NCBI GenBank assembly: GCA_964645535.1
Contig: CAZYCQ010000019.1
Coordinates: 9,056 to 33,055 of the forward strand
DNA from: an uncultured archaeon
GTDB lineage: Archaea; Asgardarchaeota; Heimdallarchaeia; Heimdallarchaeales; Kariarchaeaceae
DNA length: 24,000 nucleotides
Direction: 5' to 3'
In this document: one piece after another, positions 14,701 to 23,271 of the stretch
Position numbering within the stretch: the first letter of the stretch is position 1
Layout: each line of letters starts with the position of its first letter
Position numbers and translations under genes: made by a program
Notes under the pieces: generated by a model
Seen by the model: the letters and a program-made list of their open reading frames with translations, nothing else
What the model was told of the DNA's origin: nothing
The model's database searches: none

Positions 14701-16380
14701 AAATATTGTTGTTTGGTGGTACCGCGTTTGATTTCGAATGGTTTTTTAAGGATGGGAATCCTCTTGTCAATATTGATTGGACAAAAGGTAGTTACTGAAC
14801 AGAAGGATTTTGTCTGCCTTTCGGAAAGACAGGAACCCATGGGGCAGAGTTGGGAAAAGCACACTCGGTTCAAAATTAGAACTCAGCATGCACCTCCCCG
14901 CCGCCCGAAACCCTTTCCGTTCTACCCAAAAGTCGGAAAAGTTGGCTTATTCAAGACCTTGGTGAAGGAAACCCTTTCATACAACTTCAAGTTACTGAAG
15001 AGGGAGTATCGATCTGCATTGCTGAGCAGACCATGTATCTACGGTGTTTTCAGTGGACCTGTTGGAGGCTTTGCTCCTCGTAGGGAATTATGCACTGGCT
15101 GCCTCAGATGTGTTCAGGAATTTCCGGAATTCTGCACTGTCGAGAAAAATCCAGAATTCAATAAATTTGCAGATTCCTATTGGCAAGCAAAGGATTTGAC
15201 AAAGGAATCCACAAGCCCATACTTGTTGGTGATCAATGAAGCTGAAAATGGCAAGATTCCTGTAAAGGGGATGGGTTACAAAGGTTCGTTTGCGGATGAG
15301 GGTTGGGATACCATCTGGACTGACATGTCCGAGATTGTTCGACCCACTCGTGACGGAATCTATGGGCGAGAATATATTTCCACTGAAACAATGATTGGAG
15401 CTCGTTCCATAGTTCCTGACTTTGGAGCACTCATCCATCAACCTGTTGCACCTCACCTCAAATTGACGCTTCCCATTGTCTTTGATCATCTGCCTTCTCA
15501 GATCTCTAGCAAATTGGTGACGGAGTCAATTGCCAAGGCGTCTTCTGATGTTGGTACCTGTTTTATTGCCTCAAATGCACAGGTCAAGCATCTCAAAGAG
15601 GAATTCAAAAGCCGCCAAATAATCCATGCAGAGAAATTTGCAGATTTGGAAAACATTGATGCAGATGCTATCGAGGTGGATCTCGGTTCGTTCCTTTCCC
15701 TGAATCCTTTTGAGGATGAAATAGCCTCGATCTACAGTGGGGAGTATTGGAAAGATGCAATGGAAATTGTCGCCAAAGTCAGATCCCTGACGCAAGGCAA
15801 GGTATTGATTGTCAAGCTTCCTCTTACGGAAACCTCTGGAATGAGGATTTCTGAGTTGCTTCAGCAGGTGGAAATTGAAGGTGTACATTTGTATGCTGAC
15901 TACCATGGCAGGACATTTGCCCAACAGTTTGAGTTTCCGGAATTCATCAAGGATTCCCTGCGAAGGGTTCATGAAACCCTCATTAAGGACGGAATAAGAG
16001 ACAGGATCACCATCATTGCAAGTGGTGGGATCATTTTGGCTGAACATGTCCCCAAAGCAATGATCTGTGGGGCAGATGTTGTCGCAATTAACACGACTGT
16101 TCTTGTTGCCTTGCAGATGAAGTTTAAGGGGGAGTGCCGAACACCGGACAGTGCAATCCACATTGATGGGTTCAATACCCAATGGGGACGTCAACGTCTT
16201 GTCAATCTACTTGCAGCTTGGCATTATCAACTTCTGGAAGTACTTAGCGCCATGGGTATGAGGGATGTGCGCAGGTTGAGAGGCGATGTCGGTCGAGCCA
16301 TATTCAAGGAGGAAATCGAAAAGGAAGCCTTCGGAGAAATTCGTGGCTTTGCAGAAAATGGAGGAGGTGTATCATATTGA
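14686..16380 (+). CDS. Glutamate-synthase-related Fe-S / TIM-barrel protein (divergent paralog of the FMN subunit)
   Basis: 564-aa ORF from TTG, which lies inside the operator. The likely start is ATG 14752 or 14839. It has a Cys cluster C-x19-CTGCLRC-x8-C. The barrel end IIASGGIILAEHVPKAMICGADVVAINT ... RLVNLLAAWHYQLLEVLSAMGMRDVRRLRG parallels the next ORF. It lacks that ORF's GGMSFGS and QGAKPG motifs. Confidence 0.7.
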   Translation: MENFQKYCCLVVPRLISNGFLRMGILLSILIGQKVVTEQKDFVCLSERQEPMGQSWEKHTRFKIRTQHAPPRRPKPFPFYPKVGKVGLFKTLVKETLSYNFKLLKREYRSALLSRPCIYGVFSGPVGGFAPRRELCTGCLRCVQEFPEFCTVEKNPEFNKFADSYWQAKDLTKESTSPYLLVINEAENGKIPVKGMGYKGSFADEGWDTIWTDMSEIVRPTRDGIYGREYISTETMIGARSIVPDFGALIHQPVAPHLKLTLPIVFDHLPSQISSKLVTESIAKASSDVGTCFIASNAQVKHLKEEFKSRQIIHAEKFADLENIDADAIEVDLGSFLSLNPFEDEIASIYSGEYWKDAMEIVAKVRSLTQGKVLIVKLPLTETSGMRISELLQQVEIEGVHLYADYHGRTFAQQFEFPEFIKDSLRRVHETLIKDGIRDRITIIASGGIILAEHVPKAMICGADVVAINTTVLVALQMKFKGECRTPDSAIHIDGFNTQWGRQRLVNLLAAWHYQLLEVLSAMGMRDVRRLRGDVGRAIFKEEIEKEAFGEIRGFAENGGGVSY

Positions 16381-17684
16381 TTACATCTGGATTGCAATTG
16401 CGTGTCCAAAAGCACAGTTCCCATATCAACAAGGGGATTTCCAAACTGGCAGAACTGAAGGTATCACCCCCTGCTGCAATGGGGAATTACCGATGGACTA
16501 CTGATCTCATCATTTCAACCTATTATCAGGCATTGACTGGAGATATCCCCACAGGAATCAATTACAGAACCGGTGCAAGTAACGGTGGATTTGACTTGCT
16601 CCACTTTGACTTTGAAGAAAAAACCTTTGATCAGTCAACCATAGATGAAAACGAATTTGACCTATCACTGGATTTGAATAAACGGGGAACGGGACGGTCA
16701 ATCCGGATTTCACAGCCCACATATGGTGGCGGCATGTCGTTTGGTTCCATAAGTCTAAATTTCATGTTGGCAAGGGCCATTGCCGCCAAAAGATTGAATA
16801 CATTTACCTGTACTGGTGAAGGTGGCTATCCTGAAGAATTATTGCCTTACAAGGATCATGTCATTACACAGGTAGCCACAGGTCTTTTCGGTGTCAGGGA
16901 AGAAACCATCCAGCATGCTCCGATTGTTGAATTCAAATATGCACAGGGTGCAAAACCTGGGCTAGGTGGTCATCTTCTTGCCGACAAGGTCACCGCCCAA
17001 GTGGCAAAAATGCGAGATTCAATGGCTTTTTCATCATTGTTTTCTCCTTCTCCGTTTCATTCTGTCTATTCGGTGGAGGATCACAAGAAGCATGTGGATT
17101 GGATCAAAATAACCAATCCTTCCGCCTTGGTTTCTGTCAAGGTTTCAACACCAAAGGATGTGGAAATGGTGGCCATTGGGAGCTATTTTGCAGGTGCCAA
17201 CATCATTCATATCGATGGGGCTTATGGAGGTACTGGTGCAGCTCCAGAAATCGCAAAGAAAAACATTGCAATGCCAATAGAATATGCCATTCCCAAGGTT
17301 CACAAATACCTTGAACAAGAAGGTGTTCGGGATGAGGTGACCCTGATTGCAAGTGGGGGGATTAGGACGGCGTATGATGTGGCAAAGGCGATCGCATTGG
17401 GTGCTGATGGAGTTGTGATCGGTACGGCTGAAAACATTGCAATTGGGTGTACCCATTGCGGAAATTGTGAAAGAGGAAGAGGTTGCCAAATCGGCATTGC
17501 AAGTGCAGATCCTGAACTCAGCCTTTATCGTCCCGTCGATTGGGCTGCTGAAAGGATTGTCAATCTATATACGGCTTGGAAAAAGCAATATCGAATGATC
17601 TTGGCAGGTTTGGGTCTACGAAGCATTTCTGAATTGAGAGGTAGGACTGACTTGCTGTACTATGGAGGTAATGGACATGCATAA
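16377..17684 (+). CDS. gltB: Glutamate synthase FMN-binding (central, GltB domain 2) subunit, archaeal type
   Basis: 435-aa ORF. The TTG overlaps the upstream stop; an alternative ATG lies at 16479. Its motifs are GGGMSFGSIS, TGEGGYPEE, FKYAQGAKPGLGGHL, FSPSPFHSVYSVEDH, IHIDGAYGGTGAAP, IASGGIRTAYDVAKAIALGADGV and GCTHCGNCERGRGCQIGIAS. Confidence 0.9.
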   Translation: MITSGLQLRVQKHSSHINKGISKLAELKVSPPAAMGNYRWTTDLIISTYYQALTGDIPTGINYRTGASNGGFDLLHFDFEEKTFDQSTIDENEFDLSLDLNKRGTGRSIRISQPTYGGGMSFGSISLNFMLARAIAAKRLNTFTCTGEGGYPEELLPYKDHVITQVATGLFGVREETIQHAPIVEFKYAQGAKPGLGGHLLADKVTAQVAKMRDSMAFSSLFSPSPFHSVYSVEDHKKHVDWIKITNPSALVSVKVSTPKDVEMVAIGSYFAGANIIHIDGAYGGTGAAPEIAKKNIAMPIEYAIPKVHKYLEQEGVRDEVTLIASGGIRTAYDVAKAIALGADGVVIGTAENIAIGCTHCGNCERGRGCQIGIASADPELSLYRPVDWAAERIVNLYTAWKKQYRMILAGLGLRSISELRGRTDLLYYGGNGHA

Positions 17685-20184
17685 AATTATTGAAAGTCGA
17701 AAAGAATTAGTCAAGGGAATGTCAATTCCCAACTGTTCAACCGAAGGTGAAGGTGGGTGTGGTGTTGTTGGTTTTGCCAGCTCTTCACAGGTCGGTGGAC
17801 GTCATCTCCTTGCGGCTCTGAGGCAAATGACCAATCGAGGCAATGGTAAGGGAGGTGGGATCGCGGCTGTCGGACTTGATCCTGACTTCTTCGGAATTGA
17901 CCAAAATGTTCTGGATTCCCATTACCTAATCGCAGTTGCCTATTTGGATGAAAACATCCGCAATGAGCTTGAACAAGAATTCATCTTCAGCAAATTTGAT
18001 GTTGCAAAATCAGGGAAACTTGAGGTACATGCAACCCCCTCGGAATTAGGTCTTGAGGTCATTCCTCCTACTGTCCATTACTATTTCTGCATCCCGAGGA
18101 AAGATCGATTGGATGAATTTGCAAAGGCACACGGACTGGAAACATTTTCTCCCGTAGAGATATCCGATGAATATGTCTATCAGAACTCATTCCTTCTCAA
18201 CAAGAAGTACTATTCCTCTCTTGGGGAGAAAAAGGCCTTTGTCCTGTCACATGGAAAGAACTTGATTGTCTTGAAAATTGTAGGGTATGCTAACCAAGTG
18301 ATTGAATATTATCAACTTGAAGACTTCAAGGCTCACATTTGGATCGGTCATCACCGGTATCCCACAAAGGGAACTGTCTGGCATCCTGGTGGTGCACATC
18401 CCTTCATTGGATTGAATGAGGCTCTGGTTCATAATGGTGACTTTGCAAATTATCATGCGGTCGCAGAGTACCTTGCTCAACGGAATATCTATCCACTTTT
18501 CCTTACAGATACGGAGGTGGCGGCACTCCAGTTCGACCTCTATTCACGAGTGTATAAATATCCCATAGAGGCTGTAATTGAGGCATTGGCACCTACAACT
18601 GAGAGAGACTTCATCCTTTTGCCGGATGAAAAAAGGGATCTTTATTACAAGATTCAATATAACCACCTTCACGGCTCTCCTGATGGACCGTGGTTTTTCA
18701 TTGTTGCCCAGAATTCTCCATATCTTGATACAATGAATCTTATAGGTATTACCGATACTTCCATGCTGCGACCGCAAGTATTCGCCCTTCAAGAAGGGGA
18801 GGAAACAATCGGCTTGATTGCTTCAGAAAGGCAGGCTATAGATGCTATTCTTCGATCCCTTTCCCAAGAGAATCCTGCATTTGGTTCGAAAGCGGATATC
18901 TATTGGAATGCCAGAGGTGGAAGCCACACCGATGGAGGTGCCTTCATCTTCTCGGTTGACAAGAAAACCAAGGAAATGATTTGCACGAACAAATTCGGTC
19001 AAGTTGTGCAAGTTCCATCCAAGAAAGATGATTATGAACTTGTAAATGCTGTGAAACGGTTTATTCCCCAGAAAGACTATTCCCTTCTCGAACAAGCTTT
19101 GGATAACGCGGAATCTCTCCAAGGTCTCATTGACTCCTTACTTGAAATTGCAAATGAAAACAATCTGGTCGATGTCTATCGTTCCCTCTCTTTCCTTATG
19201 GACATCTGGCATGTTCTTCCCTATTCAAAGAATGGCCGGTTGAGAGGTAACCTAGAAGATGCACTGAATCATGTCCTGAGAATGGTTCCAATGATTGATT
19301 CGGAAGTTTCAAGTGTCTGGAAACGAATGGGCTATGAGACCCGTGAAAGAATACGTAAACCAAAGGATGGTGAACATATTTTGGTTTTGGATGCTTCTAG
19401 ATTTCCCCCTGAAGGGGATGATGCTGCTGCAATGAGCATAGTTGAAGCATTTCAATTAGGATGGAACCATGTGGTCACCTTTGACTGGCGAGGTCAAAGA
19501 TTCTGCGGAAGTGGACTGGGACCCAATTCAGACGGTTTCAGGATTGATGTATATGGCAATCCTGGCGATTATCTGGGATCCGGGCTTGATGGCGCAGAAA
19601 TCTATGTCCACACATCAGCTCAGGATCAAGTTGGTCAGATCATGAGGAGAGGAAAGCTGGTCATTTTCGGTGATGTAGGTCAAACATTCATGTATGGTGC
19701 AAAAGGCGGTGAGGCATTCGTACTTGGCAATGCAGCTGGTCGTCCATTGATCAATGCAGGAGGTCGTCCCAGAGTCGTCATCAATGGAACTTGTCTTGAC
19801 TATCTTGCGGAATCCTTCATGGCTGGCGATCCATTGAATGGAGGAGGCTTCGTGATTGTCAACGGTGTAAAATTCGATAATTTTGGCAATCTCGTTAATT
19901 TGGAAACTCCCTATCCTGGAGGGAATCTCTTTTCATTGGCTTCTGGAGGGGCAATTTACATTAGGGATCCTTATCGATTGGTTGGTGAGGATCAATTGAA
20001 TGGCGGTAAATTTTCCTCGCTTTCAGAAAAAGATGTTTCACTGATTTACCATTATCTATGTGAGAACAGAAAACTCTTCCATTTCTTCCCTGTCAGCCAG
20101 CAGGAGTTGACAAAACTCTCTGAAGGGAATCCTGAAGTATCCTATCGAAAAGTAGTCCCAGTCAAACTGAAAGAACTTTCTTAA
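17662..20184 (+). CDS. Glutamate synthase fusion subunit: class-II (Ntn) glutamine amidotransferase domain plus C-terminal GXGXG (GltB domain 3) beta-helix
   Basis: 840-aa ORF with alternative ATGs at 17671 and 17677. The N-terminal GGCGVVGF carries the putative catalytic Cys after a leader of about 32 aa, followed by HHRYPTKG and HNGDFANY. The C-terminal FCGSGLGPNSDGFRIDVYGNPGDYLGSGLDGAEIYVHTSAQDQVGQIMRRGKLVIFGDVGQTFMYGAKGGEAFVLGNAAGRP matches the GXGXG repeat domain. Confidence 0.88.
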   Translation: MEVMDMHKIIESRKELVKGMSIPNCSTEGEGGCGVVGFASSSQVGGRHLLAALRQMTNRGNGKGGGIAAVGLDPDFFGIDQNVLDSHYLIAVAYLDENIRNELEQEFIFSKFDVAKSGKLEVHATPSELGLEVIPPTVHYYFCIPRKDRLDEFAKAHGLETFSPVEISDEYVYQNSFLLNKKYYSSLGEKKAFVLSHGKNLIVLKIVGYANQVIEYYQLEDFKAHIWIGHHRYPTKGTVWHPGGAHPFIGLNEALVHNGDFANYHAVAEYLAQRNIYPLFLTDTEVAALQFDLYSRVYKYPIEAVIEALAPTTERDFILLPDEKRDLYYKIQYNHLHGSPDGPWFFIVAQNSPYLDTMNLIGITDTSMLRPQVFALQEGEETIGLIASERQAIDAILRSLSQENPAFGSKADIYWNARGGSHTDGGAFIFSVDKKTKEMICTNKFGQVVQVPSKKDDYELVNAVKRFIPQKDYSLLEQALDNAESLQGLIDSLLEIANENNLVDVYRSLSFLMDIWHVLPYSKNGRLRGNLEDALNHVLRMVPMIDSEVSSVWKRMGYETRERIRKPKDGEHILVLDASRFPPEGDDAAAMSIVEAFQLGWNHVVTFDWRGQRFCGSGLGPNSDGFRIDVYGNPGDYLGSGLDGAEIYVHTSAQDQVGQIMRRGKLVIFGDVGQTFMYGAKGGEAFVLGNAAGRPLINAGGRPRVVINGTCLDYLAESFMAGDPLNGGGFVIVNGVKFDNFGNLVNLETPYPGGNLFSLASGGAIYIRDPYRLVGEDQLNGGKFSSLSEKDVSLIYHYLCENRKLFHFFPVSQQELTKLSEGNPEVSYRKVVPVKLKELS

Positions 20185-21026
20185 TCTTCCAACATATTCG
20201 CTTCAGGTTCAAAACCTTCTGCAAAAACGGGTTTTATCTCCGAAACTTTGATGTCTGGATATTTGTCTAAAATAGCTTGTCTCCATTCCTCCGCCACATT
20301 TTCAACCTCCTGTTTCCCCATTGTGGTCGAGTAGACATGCAAAGCGAGCCAATAGGTTTTATCTTTCTTTGGGTGGCTCTTGAAGTAACATTCTGGATAT
20401 TTTTTGACAAGGGATCTTGTAATTTTTGAAATTTTTGATTCTCCGATCCCATATGCATTGAATCCGAATTCATGTAGTTCTGCCTTTCCAAATTGTTTGA
20501 CAAGCAATGGTATTATTTCCCAATCCAGAATTGATTTCATTTCTCTTGGAACTCCTGGAAGGGAGAACCAAAGCATGTTGTCCACTTGTGTCATTACTCC
20601 CGGTGCTACCCCTTCCCGATTTCGAAGGGGCTTACTTCCTTTTGGCAATTTTGCCATTTTTAACCGTGTGTCGGAAATTTCGGTGGTTCCCAACCGTTCA
20701 GCAATGAATTGAAGCGCTTGTTGGTTCAACTCAAGAGGGATCCCCAAATGTCTGGCAATAGCCTCAAGTTGAATGTCATCATGTGTCGGACCCAAACCGC
20801 CCATTATGAAAAGAATTGGAGGACGTCTCTTTCTTATCTCCTTCAAAGTCTGATCTATATCTTCAAAATAATCCCCTATGGTCGTTATTCGTTTGACCCT
20901 GTATCCCAATTTTGTCATTTTCAAGCCGATATATGAGGCATTCGTATTGACTGTCCTACCAATGAGGAGCTCGTTTCCGAGACAAAGCATTTCCACGTCT
21001 GGGAGGCTCACGATGTTCTTGAGCAC
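20181..21026 (-). CDS. CinA-like / MoCF-biosynthesis (MoaB/MogA-fold, COG1058) domain protein
   Basis: 281-aa ORF from GTG. The likely ATG start is at 20990 (MLCLGNELLIGRTVNTNASYIG...), which is the canonical CinA N-terminus. GGLGPTHDD is the MoCF-domain signature. Its stop shares the tetranucleotide TTAA with the convergent glt gene. Confidence 0.8.
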   Translation of the reverse strand: MLKNIVSLPDVEMLCLGNELLIGRTVNTNASYIGLKMTKLGYRVKRITTIGDYFEDIDQTLKEIRKRRPPILFIMGGLGPTHDDIQLEAIARHLGIPLELNQQALQFIAERLGTTEISDTRLKMAKLPKGSKPLRNREGVAPGVMTQVDNMLWFSLPGVPREMKSILDWEIIPLLVKQFGKAELHEFGFNAYGIGESKISKITRSLVKKYPECYFKSHPKKDKTYWLALHVYSTTMGKQEVENVAEEWRQAILDKYPDIKVSEIKPVFAEGFEPEANMLED

Positions 21027-21034
21027 TCTATGAT

Positions 21035-21685
21035 TTAAGATTGTTTACCTTCCGAATGTTCAATTTTTCTCACTTCTTCAATTTCTTTCGTCCTATAGCG
21101 TGCAAGAATCCTGTTGATGAGGGACGTGGTTGACAATCCCTCAACATCTGATTTTAACCGTTGAATGGCAATGTTTTTCATACCTCTTCCTTCCAATTGC
21201 TTCTGCAGTTTTTCAATATCGTAATGTTGATCTGCTCCAATGGCAATGACATCCGGTTTTATCCACTCAATGGTTTTGAGATGGTCTTCCTTGTTTCCAA
21301 GCACGGCAATATCAACAGGTTTCAGGTTTTCAACAATTATACGTCTGTCTTCCTCATGGTTGATGGGAGCTCTTTTCCATCTTTTTGCCGTTTCATCCCT
21401 TGCAATCACAACCACAAGCAAGTCTCCCAATGACTTTGCTTCATTCAATGTCTCTATATGTCCGCGATGAATGAGATCATAAACTCCTCCCGTAAAAATT
21501 ACTTTGAATTGTTTTCTTCCATCTGGTGTCAAGTAAAGTCCATTTGCTCCTTGACCGACCCATCCCTTCTCCATCAACTTTTTGATAATTTCCTTTTCTG
21601 CTTCGGTTTCAATGATGCTTTCCTCGAAAGGGCGACCCCTGAGGGTTTCCAAATAAATTTTCTTTAGAAGGTCTGTGTAATTCAC
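21035..21685 (-). CDS. ribL: FAD synthase (CTP-dependent FMN adenylyl/cytidylyltransferase, RibL type) with an N-terminal wHTH-like extension
   Basis: 216-aa ORF with a GTG start. It has the nucleotidyltransferase core VIFTGGVYDLIHRGHIETLNEAKSLGDLLVVVIARDETA ... LKPVDIAVLG ... PDVIAIGADQHYD. About 60 aa of extra N-terminal sequence is present (IIKKLMEKGWV). Confidence 0.75.
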   Translation of the reverse strand: MNYTDLLKKIYLETLRGRPFEESIIETEAEKEIIKKLMEKGWVGQGANGLYLTPDGRKQFKVIFTGGVYDLIHRGHIETLNEAKSLGDLLVVVIARDETAKRWKRAPINHEEDRRIIVENLKPVDIAVLGNKEDHLKTIEWIKPDVIAIGADQHYDIEKLQKQLEGRGMKNIAIQRLKSDVEGLSTTSLINRILARYRTKEIEEVRKIEHSEGKQS

Positions 21686-21876
21686 GTTAATTCCCTTTGA
21701 TTATGTTTTACACTGTTTCTCTTTATTTGAACATATGCATCCATCTTCCAACCAATATACAAAGGTAACCAACTTTCTGTGAATCTTCAGGCAGAACAAT
21801 CATTCAACATAAATGAACATAAATTCAAGTGGAGGTTTAAATTTGAAGAAATCCGAACTATTTTGAGAGTGGAAAC

Positions 21877-23199
21877 TTGCCTGTGATCAACTTCAAATCA
21901 CCCAAAAGACTGCCTCCCTTGTTGTCAGAGGCCTGTCAAATCCATTTGAGGTGTATCATGAAGGCAATCAATGATGTCCATCCGAGACGGCGGTTTTTCA
22001 ATCTGGATGATGAACCCTTCCAATATCCCAAGCAAGTGATGATCGCGATAGGCAAAAATGCACTGGAAATGGCTCTGAGTTGCAATGAGAAATCAAAAAC
22101 TGGTTTCCAGAAAGTATATGTGTTGCAAGTGGCTGGTTATTACGCAGAAGATAGTCTCAAGTTAATGCCTGCTGACTGGTTTTTTGTGGAAACTTCACAT
22201 CCTCTTCCAGACAAACAAACATTCGAAGCTTCAAAGCATGTGCTCGATTATCTCCAGTCACTTGATGAAGATACTGCGGTTCATTTCTGTGTGAGTGGAG
22301 GCGCTTCATCGAGCTTTGCCCTTCCCGAAATCGGTCTCACAGAAAGACTCTACAATGATATCGTAAAACAAGCAATGAATTCCGGATTTGACATTTACCA
22401 GCTAAACTACATTAGGGCTCTTATAGATCAGACAAAAGGTGGAAAGACTGGTGCTTTGATCCCAAACAACATAATCCATACTTGGGTGGTATCCGACATT
22501 ATTGATGATAATCCGGCATATGTAGGATCTGGACCTACTGTGACAGGCATGAGAAGAGACCCAGAAATGGAGGACTGGCTCCAGAAAATCCTTGCTGATT
22601 TGGGTGCTGATGTCCGCTTCGAATACCTCCTCGAATTGTTTGGTGTAGCACAAGATGACAGACGCAATCATACTCCTCATCTTGTGACGACACGGAAAGA
22701 TTTCGCAAAAGCATTACAGGAGAGGCTGACCAAGTCCGGATTTTCCAATGAGATCGTCTCCATTGATCTTCAAGGATCCGTTCATACCTGTGCAATTGAG
22801 ATAATGAAGAAAATTGCAAAAACAGCATCCACCGCCACAGAAGAATTGCGTCATACACTTATTTGGATGGGAGAACCCACAATAGAACTAACAGAGGAGG
22901 CTTCAAAAGGAAAGGGCGGGCGAATATCCGCCTTATCGATCCTTATGGCTGAACATTTGAAAAATCACCCCAACATTCTCTTTCTAGGATTGGCGACAGA
23001 TGGAAAGGATGGACAATCTCCTGATGCAGGATATGTTGTTTCTGCTGAAACATGGGATCATTTGCGACCCCTTGGTGGGCCATATTCCATTCTGAAAAAA
23101 GGAAATTCAGGAATGGCTCTATCTTCACTTGGATATGGAATCAGCCTTTCACACACCCAAATCAATTTACTGGATCTTTTCCTTGTCATTTTTATCTAG
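21877..23199 (+). CDS. Glycerate 2-kinase / hydroxypyruvate reductase family protein (DUF4147 + MOFRL)
   Basis: 440-aa ORF from TTG; GTG 21883 is also possible. A TATA-like tttaaattt lies at 21836-21844. Its motifs are VSGGASS, VSDIIDDNPAYVGSGPT, GEPTIELT..KGKGGR and GLATDGKDGQSPDAGYVV, which are typical of the MOFRL family. Confidence 0.85.
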   Translation: MPVINFKSPKRLPPLLSEACQIHLRCIMKAINDVHPRRRFFNLDDEPFQYPKQVMIAIGKNALEMALSCNEKSKTGFQKVYVLQVAGYYAEDSLKLMPADWFFVETSHPLPDKQTFEASKHVLDYLQSLDEDTAVHFCVSGGASSSFALPEIGLTERLYNDIVKQAMNSGFDIYQLNYIRALIDQTKGGKTGALIPNNIIHTWVVSDIIDDNPAYVGSGPTVTGMRRDPEMEDWLQKILADLGADVRFEYLLELFGVAQDDRRNHTPHLVTTRKDFAKALQERLTKSGFSNEIVSIDLQGSVHTCAIEIMKKIAKTASTATEELRHTLIWMGEPTIELTEEASKGKGGRISALSILMAEHLKNHPNILFLGLATDGKDGQSPDAGYVVSAETWDHLRPLGGPYSILKKGNSGMALSSLGYGISLSHTQINLLDLFLVIFI

Positions 23200-23271
23200 A
23201 AAATAGCTTAGATTTAAGAAAAACATTCTTATTAGATCGAAATGCCTACCTAATAGGGAAAGACAGTTAAA

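Noticed and set aside
21806-21825. A tandem 10-mer aacataaatg/aacataaatt lies just upstream of the glycerate-kinase TATA-like element.
   Set aside because: It is only two copies of an AT-rich 10-mer in an AT-rich promoter region. This could be chance or a minor duplication, and there is not enough evidence to call it a binding site.
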